Shown here: positions 41,825 through 50,353 of the stretch, one piece after another | Layout of the letters: each line of letters begins with the position of its first letter | How positions within the stretch are numbered: the stretch's first letter is position 1 | DNA from: an uncultured delta proteobacterium | GTDB taxonomy: Bacteria; Desulfobacterota; RBG-13-43-22 | Direction: 5' to 3' | Length of the DNA: 64,000 bases | NCBI GenBank assembly: GCA_963843145.1 | Contig: CAWJJC010000028.1 | Location: 722,171-786,170, forward strand | Translations under genes and position numbers: made by a program | The notes under the pieces: model-generated | Seen by the model: the letters and a program-made list of their open reading frames with translations, nothing else | The model's database searches: none | What the model was told of the DNA's origin: nothing

Positions 41825-42340
41825 TTAAAGCAATTTTTTGACGGCCTGCAAGACCTCCCCGTAATCGGGTTCCTGAGTCAGCTCCTTGACCACCTGGAGG
41901 TAACGAATGATCCCCTCCCGGTCCAGCACGTAGACGATCCGGGCCAGAAGGCGCAATTCCTTGATCAGTGCCCCGTAAGCCGTCCCGAAGGCCGCCTCCC
42001 GATGATCCGAGAGGGTGATCAGTTTATCGATTCCGGCGGCGCCGCACCAGCGTTTCTGAGCAAAGGGCAGGTCCATGCTGATGGTCAGGATCTGCACCTC
42101 GGACCCCAGGTTGGCCGCCTCGGCGTTGAACCGACGGGTCTCCAGGTCGCAAACCGGCGTATCCAGGGAGGGGACCGCGGTGATAATCACCACTTTTCCC
42201 CGAAAGGCGGAAAGACGAACGGGTTGCAGGTCGTTGTCTAAGATCTCAAAATCGGGGGCCGGGTCTCCCACTTGGAGGGCCGATCCCACCAGGGTCAGGG
42301 GATTTCCCTGAAAGGTAATGATTCCGGTTCGTTCTTCCAT
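41825..42340 (-). CDS. tpx: thiol peroxidase
   Basis: PSLDTPVC, SMDLPFAQKRWC. Confidence 0.95.
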   Translation of the reverse strand: MEERTGIITFQGNPLTLVGSALQVGDPAPDFEILDNDLQPVRLSAFRGKVVIITAVPSLDTPVCDLETRRFNAEAANLGSEVQILTISMDLPFAQKRWCGAAGIDKLITLSDHREAAFGTAYGALIKELRLLARIVYVLDREGIIRYLQVVKELTQEPDYGEVLQAVKKLL

Positions 42341-42353
42341 GCGTGGTCTCCTT

Positions 42354-42563
42354 TCATGTCCCTTCCGCGGCCGTGGACCCAGGACCGCCTAACGGGCGAA
42401 AATTCTTCTTCGTGGCTCCGCAGATCGGGCAGCGCCACTCCTCGGGAAGTTCGGCAAAACAAACCCCCTTAGGGATTTTGAATTTTCGATCTCCCCGGTC
42501 CGGATCATAGATGCACCCGCAATTGGCGCTTTGGCACTGGTACATCTCTTCAGGCTTAGCCAT
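42354..42563 (-). CDS. rubredoxin-like protein
   Basis: CQSANCGCIYDP...WRCPICG; GGAGG RBS before ATG 42563. Confidence 0.88.
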   Translation of the reverse strand: MAKPEEMYQCQSANCGCIYDPDRGDRKFKIPKGVCFAELPEEWRCPICGATKKNFRPLGGPGSTAAEGT

Positions 42564-42634
42564 ATAGACCTCCTCTAGACAAGGACCCAAAAATTCGAGT
42601 TTCCGGCCAAGAATCAAAAAATTCTTAGCCGGCT

Positions 42635-43129
42635 TTAGCTGACCTTAAAAAAGGCCTTGGCTTTGGCCCCGCAGATCGGGCAGGTTTCCGGGGGTTCGTT
42701 TTCCACGGTATTGCCGCAGACGGAGCAGACGTAATAATCCACCGCCGCCAGTTCTCCCATTTTTTCCGCGGCCTGCTGATAGAGTTTGGCATGGATCTGC
42801 TCCACGGCGTTGGCGTAGGCGAAACTCCGCAAGGCGGCTTTATGTCCCTCGGCCTCGGCGTCCACAATCATGGCCGGATACATGCTCTTGAACTCGTGGG
42901 TCTCTCCGGCAATGGCCTCTCGCAGATGGTCCGCTGTATTCCCGATCTTTCCGGCCGCCCGAAGATGGGCGTGGGCATGAACGGTCTCGGCTTCGGCCGC
43001 GGCCCGAAAAAGCTTGGCGATTTGAGAAAAGCCTTCGGCCTCGGCCTGCTTGGCAAAGGCCAGGTATTTTCGATTGGCCTGGGATTCCCCGGCGAAGGCC
43101 TCCATCAAATTGGTTTCTGTTTTGGACAT
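42635..43129 (-). CDS. rbr: rubrerythrin
   Basis: AFAGESQA, EAETVH, EQIH, CSVC..CPIC. Confidence 0.93.
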   Translation of the reverse strand: MSKTETNLMEAFAGESQANRKYLAFAKQAEAEGFSQIAKLFRAAAEAETVHAHAHLRAAGKIGNTADHLREAIAGETHEFKSMYPAMIVDAEAEGHKAALRSFAYANAVEQIHAKLYQQAAEKMGELAAVDYYVCSVCGNTVENEPPETCPICGAKAKAFFKVS

Positions 43130-43177
43130 AACCTACTCCTTTCAGTTCAGTACAATAGTAAAGGCGAACAGTAATTG

Positions 43178-44362
43178 TTATTTATTGAGCGCCTGCCCGA
43201 TCCGTTGTCCTAATTGAAATGCCGCGGCCAGCCCCTCCGTATCCGGGACAAACTGAATTTTCAGCCCGCCGTCGACGAGGTCCATCTTCATGGCCTCCAG
43301 TTCCTGGTTGATCAGCTTGACGGCTTCCCCGCTCCAGCCGTAGGAGCCGAAGGCGGCCGCCAGTTTCTTCCGGGGCTTCAGGCCTTTGAGGTAGGTCAGA
43401 AAATCGCTGACCGTGGGGTAGAGGCCGTTATTGAGCGTCGGAGAACCGATGATCACCGCCCCGGCGTCAAGTATTTCGGTGACGATGTCGCTGCGGTGAA
43501 ATGACCGGAGGTGCATGGGCCGGGCCTCGATGCCCTCCTCGACCAGACCGCTGACGATGGTTTCGGCCATCGCCTGCGTACTGTGCCACATGGAATCATA
43601 GACCACAATGGCCTTCTTTTTGGGTTCCTGCCGGCTCCACTCCACGTAAGCCTGAATGATCTTCAGCGGATCTTTCCGCCAGATGATCCCGTGATCGGGG
43701 CAGATGGTCTGAATGTCGAGGTTCATTTGGGTGACCTTTTCCACCAACTGCAGAATCAAAGGGGCGTAGAGCAGGAGAATATTGGCGAAATATTTTCGGG
43801 CGTGGTGCATGATGGCTTCGCCGATCTGGTCATCAAAACGCTCCGGACCGGCATAATGCTGGCCAAACCCGTCGCTGGAAAAGAGGATTTTATCTTCGGG
43901 ACAATAGGTAAACATGCTGTCCGGCCAGTGGACCATTCGGGTTTCCAGGAAGGTCAAATTCCGCCGTCCGAGGTTCAAAGACCCGCCGTTTTCCACGGGC
44001 TGGAAATTCCACTTTTCCCGGTAATGGAGGGGCAGGTTTTTGTGCCCGACCTTGGAACAGAACAGGGGTTTTCCCTCCCCGATTTTATGCATGATCCGGG
44101 GCAGACCGCCCGAGTGGTCCGGCTCGGTGTGGTTGCTGACTACGTAATCCACTTTTTTAGGGTCGATAATCTCGGCAATGTTGGTCAAAAGCTGATCGGC
44201 GAATTCTTTTTTGACCGTATCGACCAAGGTGACTTTTTCATCCAGGATCAAGTAGGCGTTGTAGGTAGTCCCGGCTTCGGTCAGATACCCGTGAAAGTCT
44301 CTGAGGTTCCAGTCGACGGCTCCAACCCAATAGATATCCTTGGCGATTTGGACGGGTTTCAT
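43178..44362 (-). CDS. fprA: flavodiiron protein (FprA/ROO)
   Basis: HTEPDHSG, HWPD, SSDGFG, PDHG, flavodoxin C-domain. Confidence 0.95.
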   Translation of the reverse strand: MKPVQIAKDIYWVGAVDWNLRDFHGYLTEAGTTYNAYLILDEKVTLVDTVKKEFADQLLTNIAEIIDPKKVDYVVSNHTEPDHSGGLPRIMHKIGEGKPLFCSKVGHKNLPLHYREKWNFQPVENGGSLNLGRRNLTFLETRMVHWPDSMFTYCPEDKILFSSDGFGQHYAGPERFDDQIGEAIMHHARKYFANILLLYAPLILQLVEKVTQMNLDIQTICPDHGIIWRKDPLKIIQAYVEWSRQEPKKKAIVVYDSMWHSTQAMAETIVSGLVEEGIEARPMHLRSFHRSDIVTEILDAGAVIIGSPTLNNGLYPTVSDFLTYLKGLKPRKKLAAAFGSYGWSGEAVKLINQELEAMKMDLVDGGLKIQFVPDTEGLAAAFQLGQRIGQALNK

Positions 44363-45504
44363 TTGTTTCTCCTTGTCTGGTTTTTATCGGGAACAGGCCC
44401 GGAGGGGGCTGTCGGCAATTCGCAGGAACTGATGGGCATGGTAATTTTGGCCACCGCTCCCTTGTCCAGGCCGCTGGCCAGGCTGAAGGAACAACCCGGA
44501 TGTTCTTCAATAATGCGTTTGGAAACCGATAAGCCCAGGCCGGTCCCCTGTTTCTTGGTGGTATAGAAAGGAACAAAGATCTTATCCCGTTCCGGTTCGG
44601 GAATGCCGGGGCCCTCATCGGAGACGGTAATCTCCACCCGGTCATCCAGACACTGAGCGCGGATGGTCAATTTACCCCCCTGGTTCATGGCCTCCATGCC
44701 ATTTCGGGACAAATTCAAAATGACTTGCTTTAATTTATCCTTATCTCCCTCCACCATCACCGGAGCGGAGGGGGCCTCCAAAACCACATCGAGCTGTTTA
44801 TTCCGGGCTTCCTCGCGGATCAAGTCATGAACTTCTTTCAGCAGGCCGGCCATGTCGATAGTTTCCAGGTTCAACGTTTTCGGTCGATAAAGGTCCCGCA
44901 GTTCTCCAATCAGGTTTTCCAGACGCTGCACTTCAGCGGTGATGATTTGCAGCTTCGATTGGCTTTTGGGGTCCTGGGCCGAACGTAGCAACTGCCGGGC
45001 ATACCCCCCGATCATCACTAACGGATTTTTGATCTCATGAGAAACCTCAGCCACCAACTGGCCCAAGGCAGCCAATCGTTCGGACTTCAAAACCTGCTCC
45101 TGCAGGGCCTTGGTTTCCGTCAGATCGCGGATGATGCCGGTAAAAAAAGTCTTCTCCCCGATATTGGACACCGAAAAGGAAATGGAAAGGGGAAATAGTT
45201 CCCCGTTTTTGCGAGCCGTCAGAAATTCCGACTGGTGGCCGATAAGCTTCGGCTGCCGGGTGTCCAGATAGCGGGCCACCGCCTTCTTGTGCCCCTGGGA
45301 ACACTGGGGGGTCAAAATGACCCCCAAGTCTTTTCCCAGGATTTCCTCTCGGTTGACTCCGAAGATCCGTTCGGCCTCCCGGTTAAAAATGACCACCCGA
45401 TGATTTTCATCAATGGTGACGAAACCTTCGTTGGTATTTTCAATGGCCCCTTGGAGAATGGTTAGGGCCTGACTGGGCTCCCGAAAGGGATCGTTTTCCT
45501 CCAT
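44359..45504 (-). CDS. cytoplasmic PAS sensor histidine kinase (FixL-like PAS)
   Basis: PAS with H..RYL..KLIG..RKNG..FP; HEIKNPL; GTGLGL. Confidence 0.88.
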   Translation of the reverse strand: MEENDPFREPSQALTILQGAIENTNEGFVTIDENHRVVIFNREAERIFGVNREEILGKDLGVILTPQCSQGHKKAVARYLDTRQPKLIGHQSEFLTARKNGELFPLSISFSVSNIGEKTFFTGIIRDLTETKALQEQVLKSERLAALGQLVAEVSHEIKNPLVMIGGYARQLLRSAQDPKSQSKLQIITAEVQRLENLIGELRDLYRPKTLNLETIDMAGLLKEVHDLIREEARNKQLDVVLEAPSAPVMVEGDKDKLKQVILNLSRNGMEAMNQGGKLTIRAQCLDDRVEITVSDEGPGIPEPERDKIFVPFYTTKKQGTGLGLSVSKRIIEEHPGCSFSLASGLDKGAVAKITMPISSCELPTAPSGPVPDKNQTRRNK

Positions 45505-45538
45505 AACGATTTATGGTCATCCAGAAGGAAAGGGAGCG

Positions 45539-45697
45539 TTATTCCGCTTCGAACTGATCTTTGGCCGCCCCGCAGACCGGGCAAACCCAGGTATCCGGAA
45601 GGTCTTCGAATTTGGTGCCCGGTTTAATACCGTTATCCGGGTCACCGGCCGCTGGATCATAGACATACCCGCAAACGCCACAGACGTATCGTTTCAT
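45539..45697 (-). CDS. rubredoxin (52 aa, absent from ORF track)
   Basis: [52 protein letters not shown]. Confidence 0.96.
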   Translation of the reverse strand: MKRYVCGVCGYVYDPAAGDPDNGIKPGTKFEDLPDTWVCPVCGAAKDQFEAE

Positions 45698-45711
45698 GTT
45701 TTTTTCTCCTT

Positions 45712-45912
45712 TCAGGAAATTACTTCGTATCCGGCTTTCTTGATTTTTTCCTTGATCAGATTGGGGTCAACCGGTTTGGTTTCCGTAAAGGTGGCTTCCG
45801 CCTTTTCCAGATTGACGGAGACGTCCTCCAGACCCTCGATCTCCTTCAAGGCCTTGGTGGCCGCCATGACGCAATGGTTGCAACTCATGCCTTTTATTTT
45901 TATTGAAGTCAT
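45712..45912 (-). CDS. CopZ-like heavy-metal chaperone
   Basis: GMSCNHC. Confidence 0.9.
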   Translation of the reverse strand: MTSIKIKGMSCNHCVMAATKALKEIEGLEDVSVNLEKAEATFTETKPVDPNLIKEKIKKAGYEVIS

Positions 45913-45937
45913 AATCCGTTCTCCTTTTTAGAGGTCC

Positions 45938-47110
45938 TTATTGGGGTGTTTTTTTGTAGAGGGGAGACATCTCCCGCAGGGCCTGGACCACGTTCTTTAA
46001 GACCGCCAGGAAACGATCGATGTCCGCCTCGGTGGTTTCCTGCCCAAAGGTCAGCACCAGGGTCCCCTGGGAATCGGCAAAATCCCGTCCGATGGCCAGA
46101 AGAACGTGAGAAGCCTGGAGGGAGCCGGCGGCGCAGGCCGAACGGGTGGAAACGTAAATTTTTTCTTCGTCCAGCATGAGAACGATGCCTTCCCCTTCGA
46201 TGTATTTGATGGAAACGGAGACCAAGTTCGGCAGGGACAGTTCCGGATGGCCGTTGATAAATATCTCCTCCACATTGTCCTTGAGACCCTGGATCAACCG
46301 GGACTTCAAGACCAGCGCCCGTTTCATCCGGGTCTCCATTTGTTGAACCGCCAGTTCGGCCGCCGCTCCCATCCCAATAATCCCGATTAGATTTTCGGTT
46401 CCGGCCCGTTTATTGTTTTCCTGCACCCCGCCTTCCAGGAGCGGCCAGAGGCTGGTGGCCTTCTTAACATAGAGCCCGCCTACCCCGGCCGGGCCGTAAA
46501 ACTGGTTGGCCGCAAAACTGAGCAGATCCACGTCCAATTTTTGGACATCTACGGGAACCACGCCTACCGAAGTAACCGCATCGGTGTGGAAAGGGACCTT
46601 CTTTTCCCGGGTGATCCGGGCGATTTCTTCGATCGGCTGGATGGTTCCGATCTCGTTATTGCTGTGCATGATGGATACCAGGATGGTCTGGGGGGTGATG
46701 GCCTTGGCCACTTCGGCCGGATCGACCCTCCCCAAGGAGTCGACGGAAACGGAACTGACTTTAAAATCCAGCAGGCGCAGTCGGCGGAGCGTGCGCAACA
46801 CCGCGTTGTGCTCGATATTGGAGGTAACGAGATGGTTGCCTTTGCCCTGATTGGCCAGGGCCACGCCCTTGAGGGCCTGATTGATGGATTCGGTTCCCCC
46901 GGAGGTGAAAACGATTTCTTTGGGATCGGCGCAGTTGAGCAGGCAGGCCACCTGTCCCCGGGCTTTTTCCAGGGCCTCGGCGGCCTGGTCCCCCAATTGG
47001 TGCTGGCTGGAGGGGTTGCCGTAATTTTTTCGAATCGCCTCAATCATGGCCTCCTGCACTTCCGGCAGGAGCGGGTTGGCCGACAGGTAGTCCAGGTAAA
47101 TGGGGGGCAT
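45938..47110 (-). CDS. cysteine desulfurase-family protein (NifS/IscS-like)
   Basis: FTSGGTES, NNEIGTIQ, HTDAV, STRSAC; PLP-lysine region reads FAANQFYGP. Confidence 0.85.
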   Translation of the reverse strand: MPPIYLDYLSANPLLPEVQEAMIEAIRKNYGNPSSQHQLGDQAAEALEKARGQVACLLNCADPKEIVFTSGGTESINQALKGVALANQGKGNHLVTSNIEHNAVLRTLRRLRLLDFKVSSVSVDSLGRVDPAEVAKAITPQTILVSIMHSNNEIGTIQPIEEIARITREKKVPFHTDAVTSVGVVPVDVQKLDVDLLSFAANQFYGPAGVGGLYVKKATSLWPLLEGGVQENNKRAGTENLIGIIGMGAAAELAVQQMETRMKRALVLKSRLIQGLKDNVEEIFINGHPELSLPNLVSVSIKYIEGEGIVLMLDEEKIYVSTRSACAAGSLQASHVLLAIGRDFADSQGTLVLTFGQETTEADIDRFLAVLKNVVQALREMSPLYKKTPQ

Positions 47111-47121
47111 GGCGGCGTCTC

Positions 47122-47652
47122 CTAAGCAGGGGGAGCAGGCGGCAAGGTGTGTCCGCAACTCTTACACACCCCTTCGGCTTCGGTGACTTCCACATTGCAG
47201 TAGGGGCAATAGCACTTTTCCCCGTGACTATGGGCATGGGAGATTATCGGGAACTCAACCCGCTTGGGTTCGGGGACCACTTTCCCGGCTTTCCGGTCCT
47301 CATAGTTTTTAATCGCTTTTTGCAAGGCATCCGCCCCCAGGTTGGAACAATGGAGCTTGTTCTTGGGAAGACCCTCCAGGGCCTCGGCCACGTCTTTATT
47401 GGTTATTTTTCGGGCTTCTTCCAGGCTCTTGCCCTTGGCCATTTCGGTCAGCATACTGGATACGGCAATGGCCGCCCCGCACCCGAAGGTCTTGAATTTG
47501 ATGTCGTCGATCCGATCTTCCTTGATCTTTAAGAAAATGGTCATCATATCGCCGCACAGCGGGTTGCCCACCTCCCCGATGCCGTTGGCGTCTTCGATTT
47601 CACCTACATTACGGGGACTCTTAAAATGATCCATTACTGTTGCTGAATACAT
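47122..47652 (-). CDS. iscU: Fe-S scaffold IscU/NifU-N with C-terminal His/Cys extension
   Basis: GNPLCGD, FGCG, KLHCS; tail HAHSHGEKCYCPYC..CKSC. Confidence 0.88.
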   Translation of the reverse strand: MYSATVMDHFKSPRNVGEIEDANGIGEVGNPLCGDMMTIFLKIKEDRIDDIKFKTFGCGAAIAVSSMLTEMAKGKSLEEARKITNKDVAEALEGLPKNKLHCSNLGADALQKAIKNYEDRKAGKVVPEPKRVEFPIISHAHSHGEKCYCPYCNVEVTEAEGVCKSCGHTLPPAPPA

Positions 47653-47776
47653 GGCTTCCCCTCCAGTTAAAAATAATTATATCAAGATAATTTAGATTAA
47701 TCACTTTCCCGTCGACTGTAAAGGCTCTGTTGAAAATTTTTTAATATTGTTTGGCTCACGTCCGGGCCTCGGGGCC

Positions 47777-48112
47777 TTAAAAAGGCAGTTTGGAAGCCGG
47801 TCTTCGTTCCGGAACGTAGGCCTGGGGAATCTTTCCCTCGTTCCAGTCCCTGGTAACATATAAATTGCAGTAACAGCTTCCGAATTCCTGAACATCCGGG
47901 GTCCGGTAAACACAAGGGCACAATATGTCGGTGTCCGACCGCCGGTCCCCGGAGGCCAGACGACAAGGACAGGCCATATAGCCGTAACGCTCCTTATTCA
48001 GTAGAAGGGCGGAAAGCAGGTCGTTAACCCGTTCCCGATCCTTATTAAAATAATAGCCTTTCGGTTCCTGGGTCTTTTTCAACAGCTCGTATAATTTTTC
48101 TATCTCGGTCAT
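47777..48112 (-). CDS. ferredoxin:thioredoxin reductase catalytic subunit-like
   Basis: CPC..CPC..CYC. Confidence 0.9.
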   Translation of the reverse strand: MTEIEKLYELLKKTQEPKGYYFNKDRERVNDLLSALLLNKERYGYMACPCRLASGDRRSDTDILCPCVYRTPDVQEFGSCYCNLYVTRDWNEGKIPQAYVPERRPASKLPF

Positions 48113-48357
48113 AGGCCCAGGGCCTCCTTGATCTCATTTTCTTTGAAACCGACGATAACCTGGTCCCCAATCTTAATGGTGGGGAAGGAACAACTGGGAT
48201 TCAATTTCTTGACTTCTTCGATGATGGCCGCTCTTTCCTCCCCCTCGAGCAGGTCTACATCGATGGCATCAAAAACCACGTTACAATCATGAAGGAATTT
48301 TTTTGTGTTCTTACAATGACTGCAAGTACTTAAGCTGTACATTTTTACTGGCGGCAT
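48109..48357 (-). CDS. glutaredoxin/NrdH-like protein
   Basis: TCSHC, SFPTI, IVGF. Confidence 0.88.
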   Translation of the reverse strand: MPPVKMYSLSTCSHCKNTKKFLHDCNVVFDAIDVDLLEGEERAAIIEEVKKLNPSCSFPTIKIGDQVIVGFKENEIKEALGL

Positions 48358-48496
48358 AAAACTTTCCCCTTCTTCTTAATAATTACTCTCAATAGGCTGA
48401 ATTTTTCCTCGAAATTCAACTATAGTTTATTTTAAACCAAAAGCAAAACGTTAAGTGGGGACCCGGGCAGTGCCAAGGGATGGTTATTGGGCCCGG

Positions 48497-49192
48497 TCAA
48501 ACGCTGGTCCGATAATACCAACGGGCTAAGATCCGAGGCGGGATGCCTAAAAAGAACCCGATCAAGATCAGTTGATTAATCCAGGTAGTCCTCCAGACAC
48601 CCAACTTTTGCCAGCGTCTCGAAGAAGTAACCACCGGGACTGGGACCACTGCCAGGCGGCCGACTTTTCTTAACCTCCGAACCAGGTCCACGTCCTCCAA
48701 AAGCGGGATTTCGTTATAACCGCCCAGTTCCTTGAAAATCTTGGCTGAAACGAAAATAGCCTGATCCCCGTAAGGCAGCTTCAATTTTTCGGCCCGCAGA
48801 TTGGCCATCCTCTCAATAAAAGCCGACCCCTTTATAGGGGGGGCCAGTTCGAGACGAAAGGCACCGGCCACCACCCGGGCCATTCCAAAAGATCGGCGAA
48901 TAAGCTCTGAAAAGCTTTCGGGCAAACGGGTATCGGCGTGGAGGAAAAGGAGGATATCTCCCTTCGACGTTGCCGCACCCAGGTTCATTTGTCGGGCTCT
49001 CCCCGGAGAAGAAGAAAGGACCAAGGCGCCGAGGGATTGAGCGATAGCCGGGGTATCATCCCGGCTGCCCCCATCCACGACGATAACCTCCAGTCCGGCT
49101 CCCTTGGGGATCGAGGCCAGGGTGCCGGCGATGAATCCGGCCTCATCGAGGGTGGGGATGATGATGGAAAGGGAAGTGTATTCAGGAGCCAA
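48497..49192 (-). CDS. TIGR04283-type GT2 glycosyltransferase
   Basis: VDGGSRD, GRARQMNLGA, FLHADT, PYGDQ. Confidence 0.88.
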   Translation of the reverse strand: MAPEYTSLSIIIPTLDEAGFIAGTLASIPKGAGLEVIVVDGGSRDDTPAIAQSLGALVLSSSPGRARQMNLGAATSKGDILLFLHADTRLPESFSELIRRSFGMARVVAGAFRLELAPPIKGSAFIERMANLRAEKLKLPYGDQAIFVSAKIFKELGGYNEIPLLEDVDLVRRLRKVGRLAVVPVPVVTSSRRWQKLGVWRTTWINQLILIGFFLGIPPRILARWYYRTSV

Positions 49193-49259
49193 GAAGGATA
49201 TCCTCAGGGTTCAATAAATTCGAAATCAGATCGAATTTGAACCAACGGTTCAAATATTT

Positions 49260-49897
49260 TTAGTTGCTTTTAAATTCTAGTCTGATATTTTCGGTGAGGT
49301 CCTCTGGCCGGTCCACATCCCTTAATCCAGGCAACAGGGCGGTTTTCAGGACCAGTTTTTCCGCTATTAATAGGGTGTTTTTCAGGACCTCTTGGGTTCC
49401 CCAGACCAGAGGATTACCAAAAAGTTCCGGCCGGTTGGCCTTCAACCCGATCAAATAGTAACCACCGTCCCGAGCCGGCCCCAGTACCAGATCATGGTTG
49501 CTCAGCCGTTCGAAAGATTCCCGGATGATGGCTGGAGTCAATTCCGGCAAATCCGAACCAATCAGCACCACCCGCTCCCATCCTTGTCGGAAGCCTTCTG
49601 GAAAGATTGCCTCATACGGGCGCCGAGATCGCCCTCCCCTTGAATTACGTAATCCAGATCCGGCCCCAGCCATCCGACCATCTGCTCGCGGCTGCCTCCG
49701 GAAAAATGGATTTCCAGCCTCAACGGGTAACTTTTCTTAAGCTGCTGAACCTGGGCGACTATCTTTTCGGTCAATTCGCGGTGCAGACGGCAGGCCCCTT
49801 CCGGGCCCAAAACGGGAATGAGTCGGGTCTTGGTCATTCCCGGTTCAGGAAAGCGGGTGAAAATGATAATTCCCCGTGATAATGATGGTCTGGCCAT
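49260..49897 (-). CDS. TIGR04282/DUF2064 transferase, frameshift near 49600
   Basis: KTRL, QGEGDLGARM | VLIGSDLP, LGPARDGGYYLIG, DVDRPEDL. Confidence 0.82.
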
Positions 49898-49990
49898 AAT
49901 TTCCTGATTATAATCAACCGGACTCCTTCAGCAAGTTTTATTAATACGAAAATAGAATTGCTCACCGCTTTTTAGGCGTTTTGTTTTTGC

Positions 49991-50118
49991 CGTCATCCCG
50001 GACTCGATCCGGGATCCAGGGCTCTCCCAAGCTTGGCCAAGCTCCTAGATTCCCGGATCAAGTACCGGAATGACGACTTACCGGAAATATTGATTTCCTC
50101 TTTGGCGACATCCCTAAA
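49991..50118. repeat. CGTCAT...ATGACG palindromic repeat, copy A
   Basis: Core and 3' tail nearly identical to 60462-60664. Confidence 0.8.
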
Positions 50119-50353
50119 CAGCCGAAGGACTATTCCCGGAACTCTCAAAACCGATTGAGCAAGCTACCCCGGGCAAAGCCGGGGGTTTACCTTAAAAGAA
50201 ATTATTCAACCCGCTGGATGTACTGCGAGGGGATGATTACTCGATCCCAAGAAACATGAACCCTTGGCATTTCCCCGGATAATAGATTGACGATTTTCCA
50301 ATTTGCGAAGCGTAAAAAGTTAACGACAGGAAGGTCTTAGAAAAGGAGAAGCG

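Noticed and set aside
47675-47692. AATTAT-N6-ATAATT operator before iscU
   Set aside because: Short AT-rich palindrome seen once; no regulator assignable
50164-50190. CsoR operator upstream of copA (TACCCCGGGCAAAGCCGGGGG)
   Set aside because: Spacing looks too long and it lies far from the start; equally consistent with a REP-like hairpin
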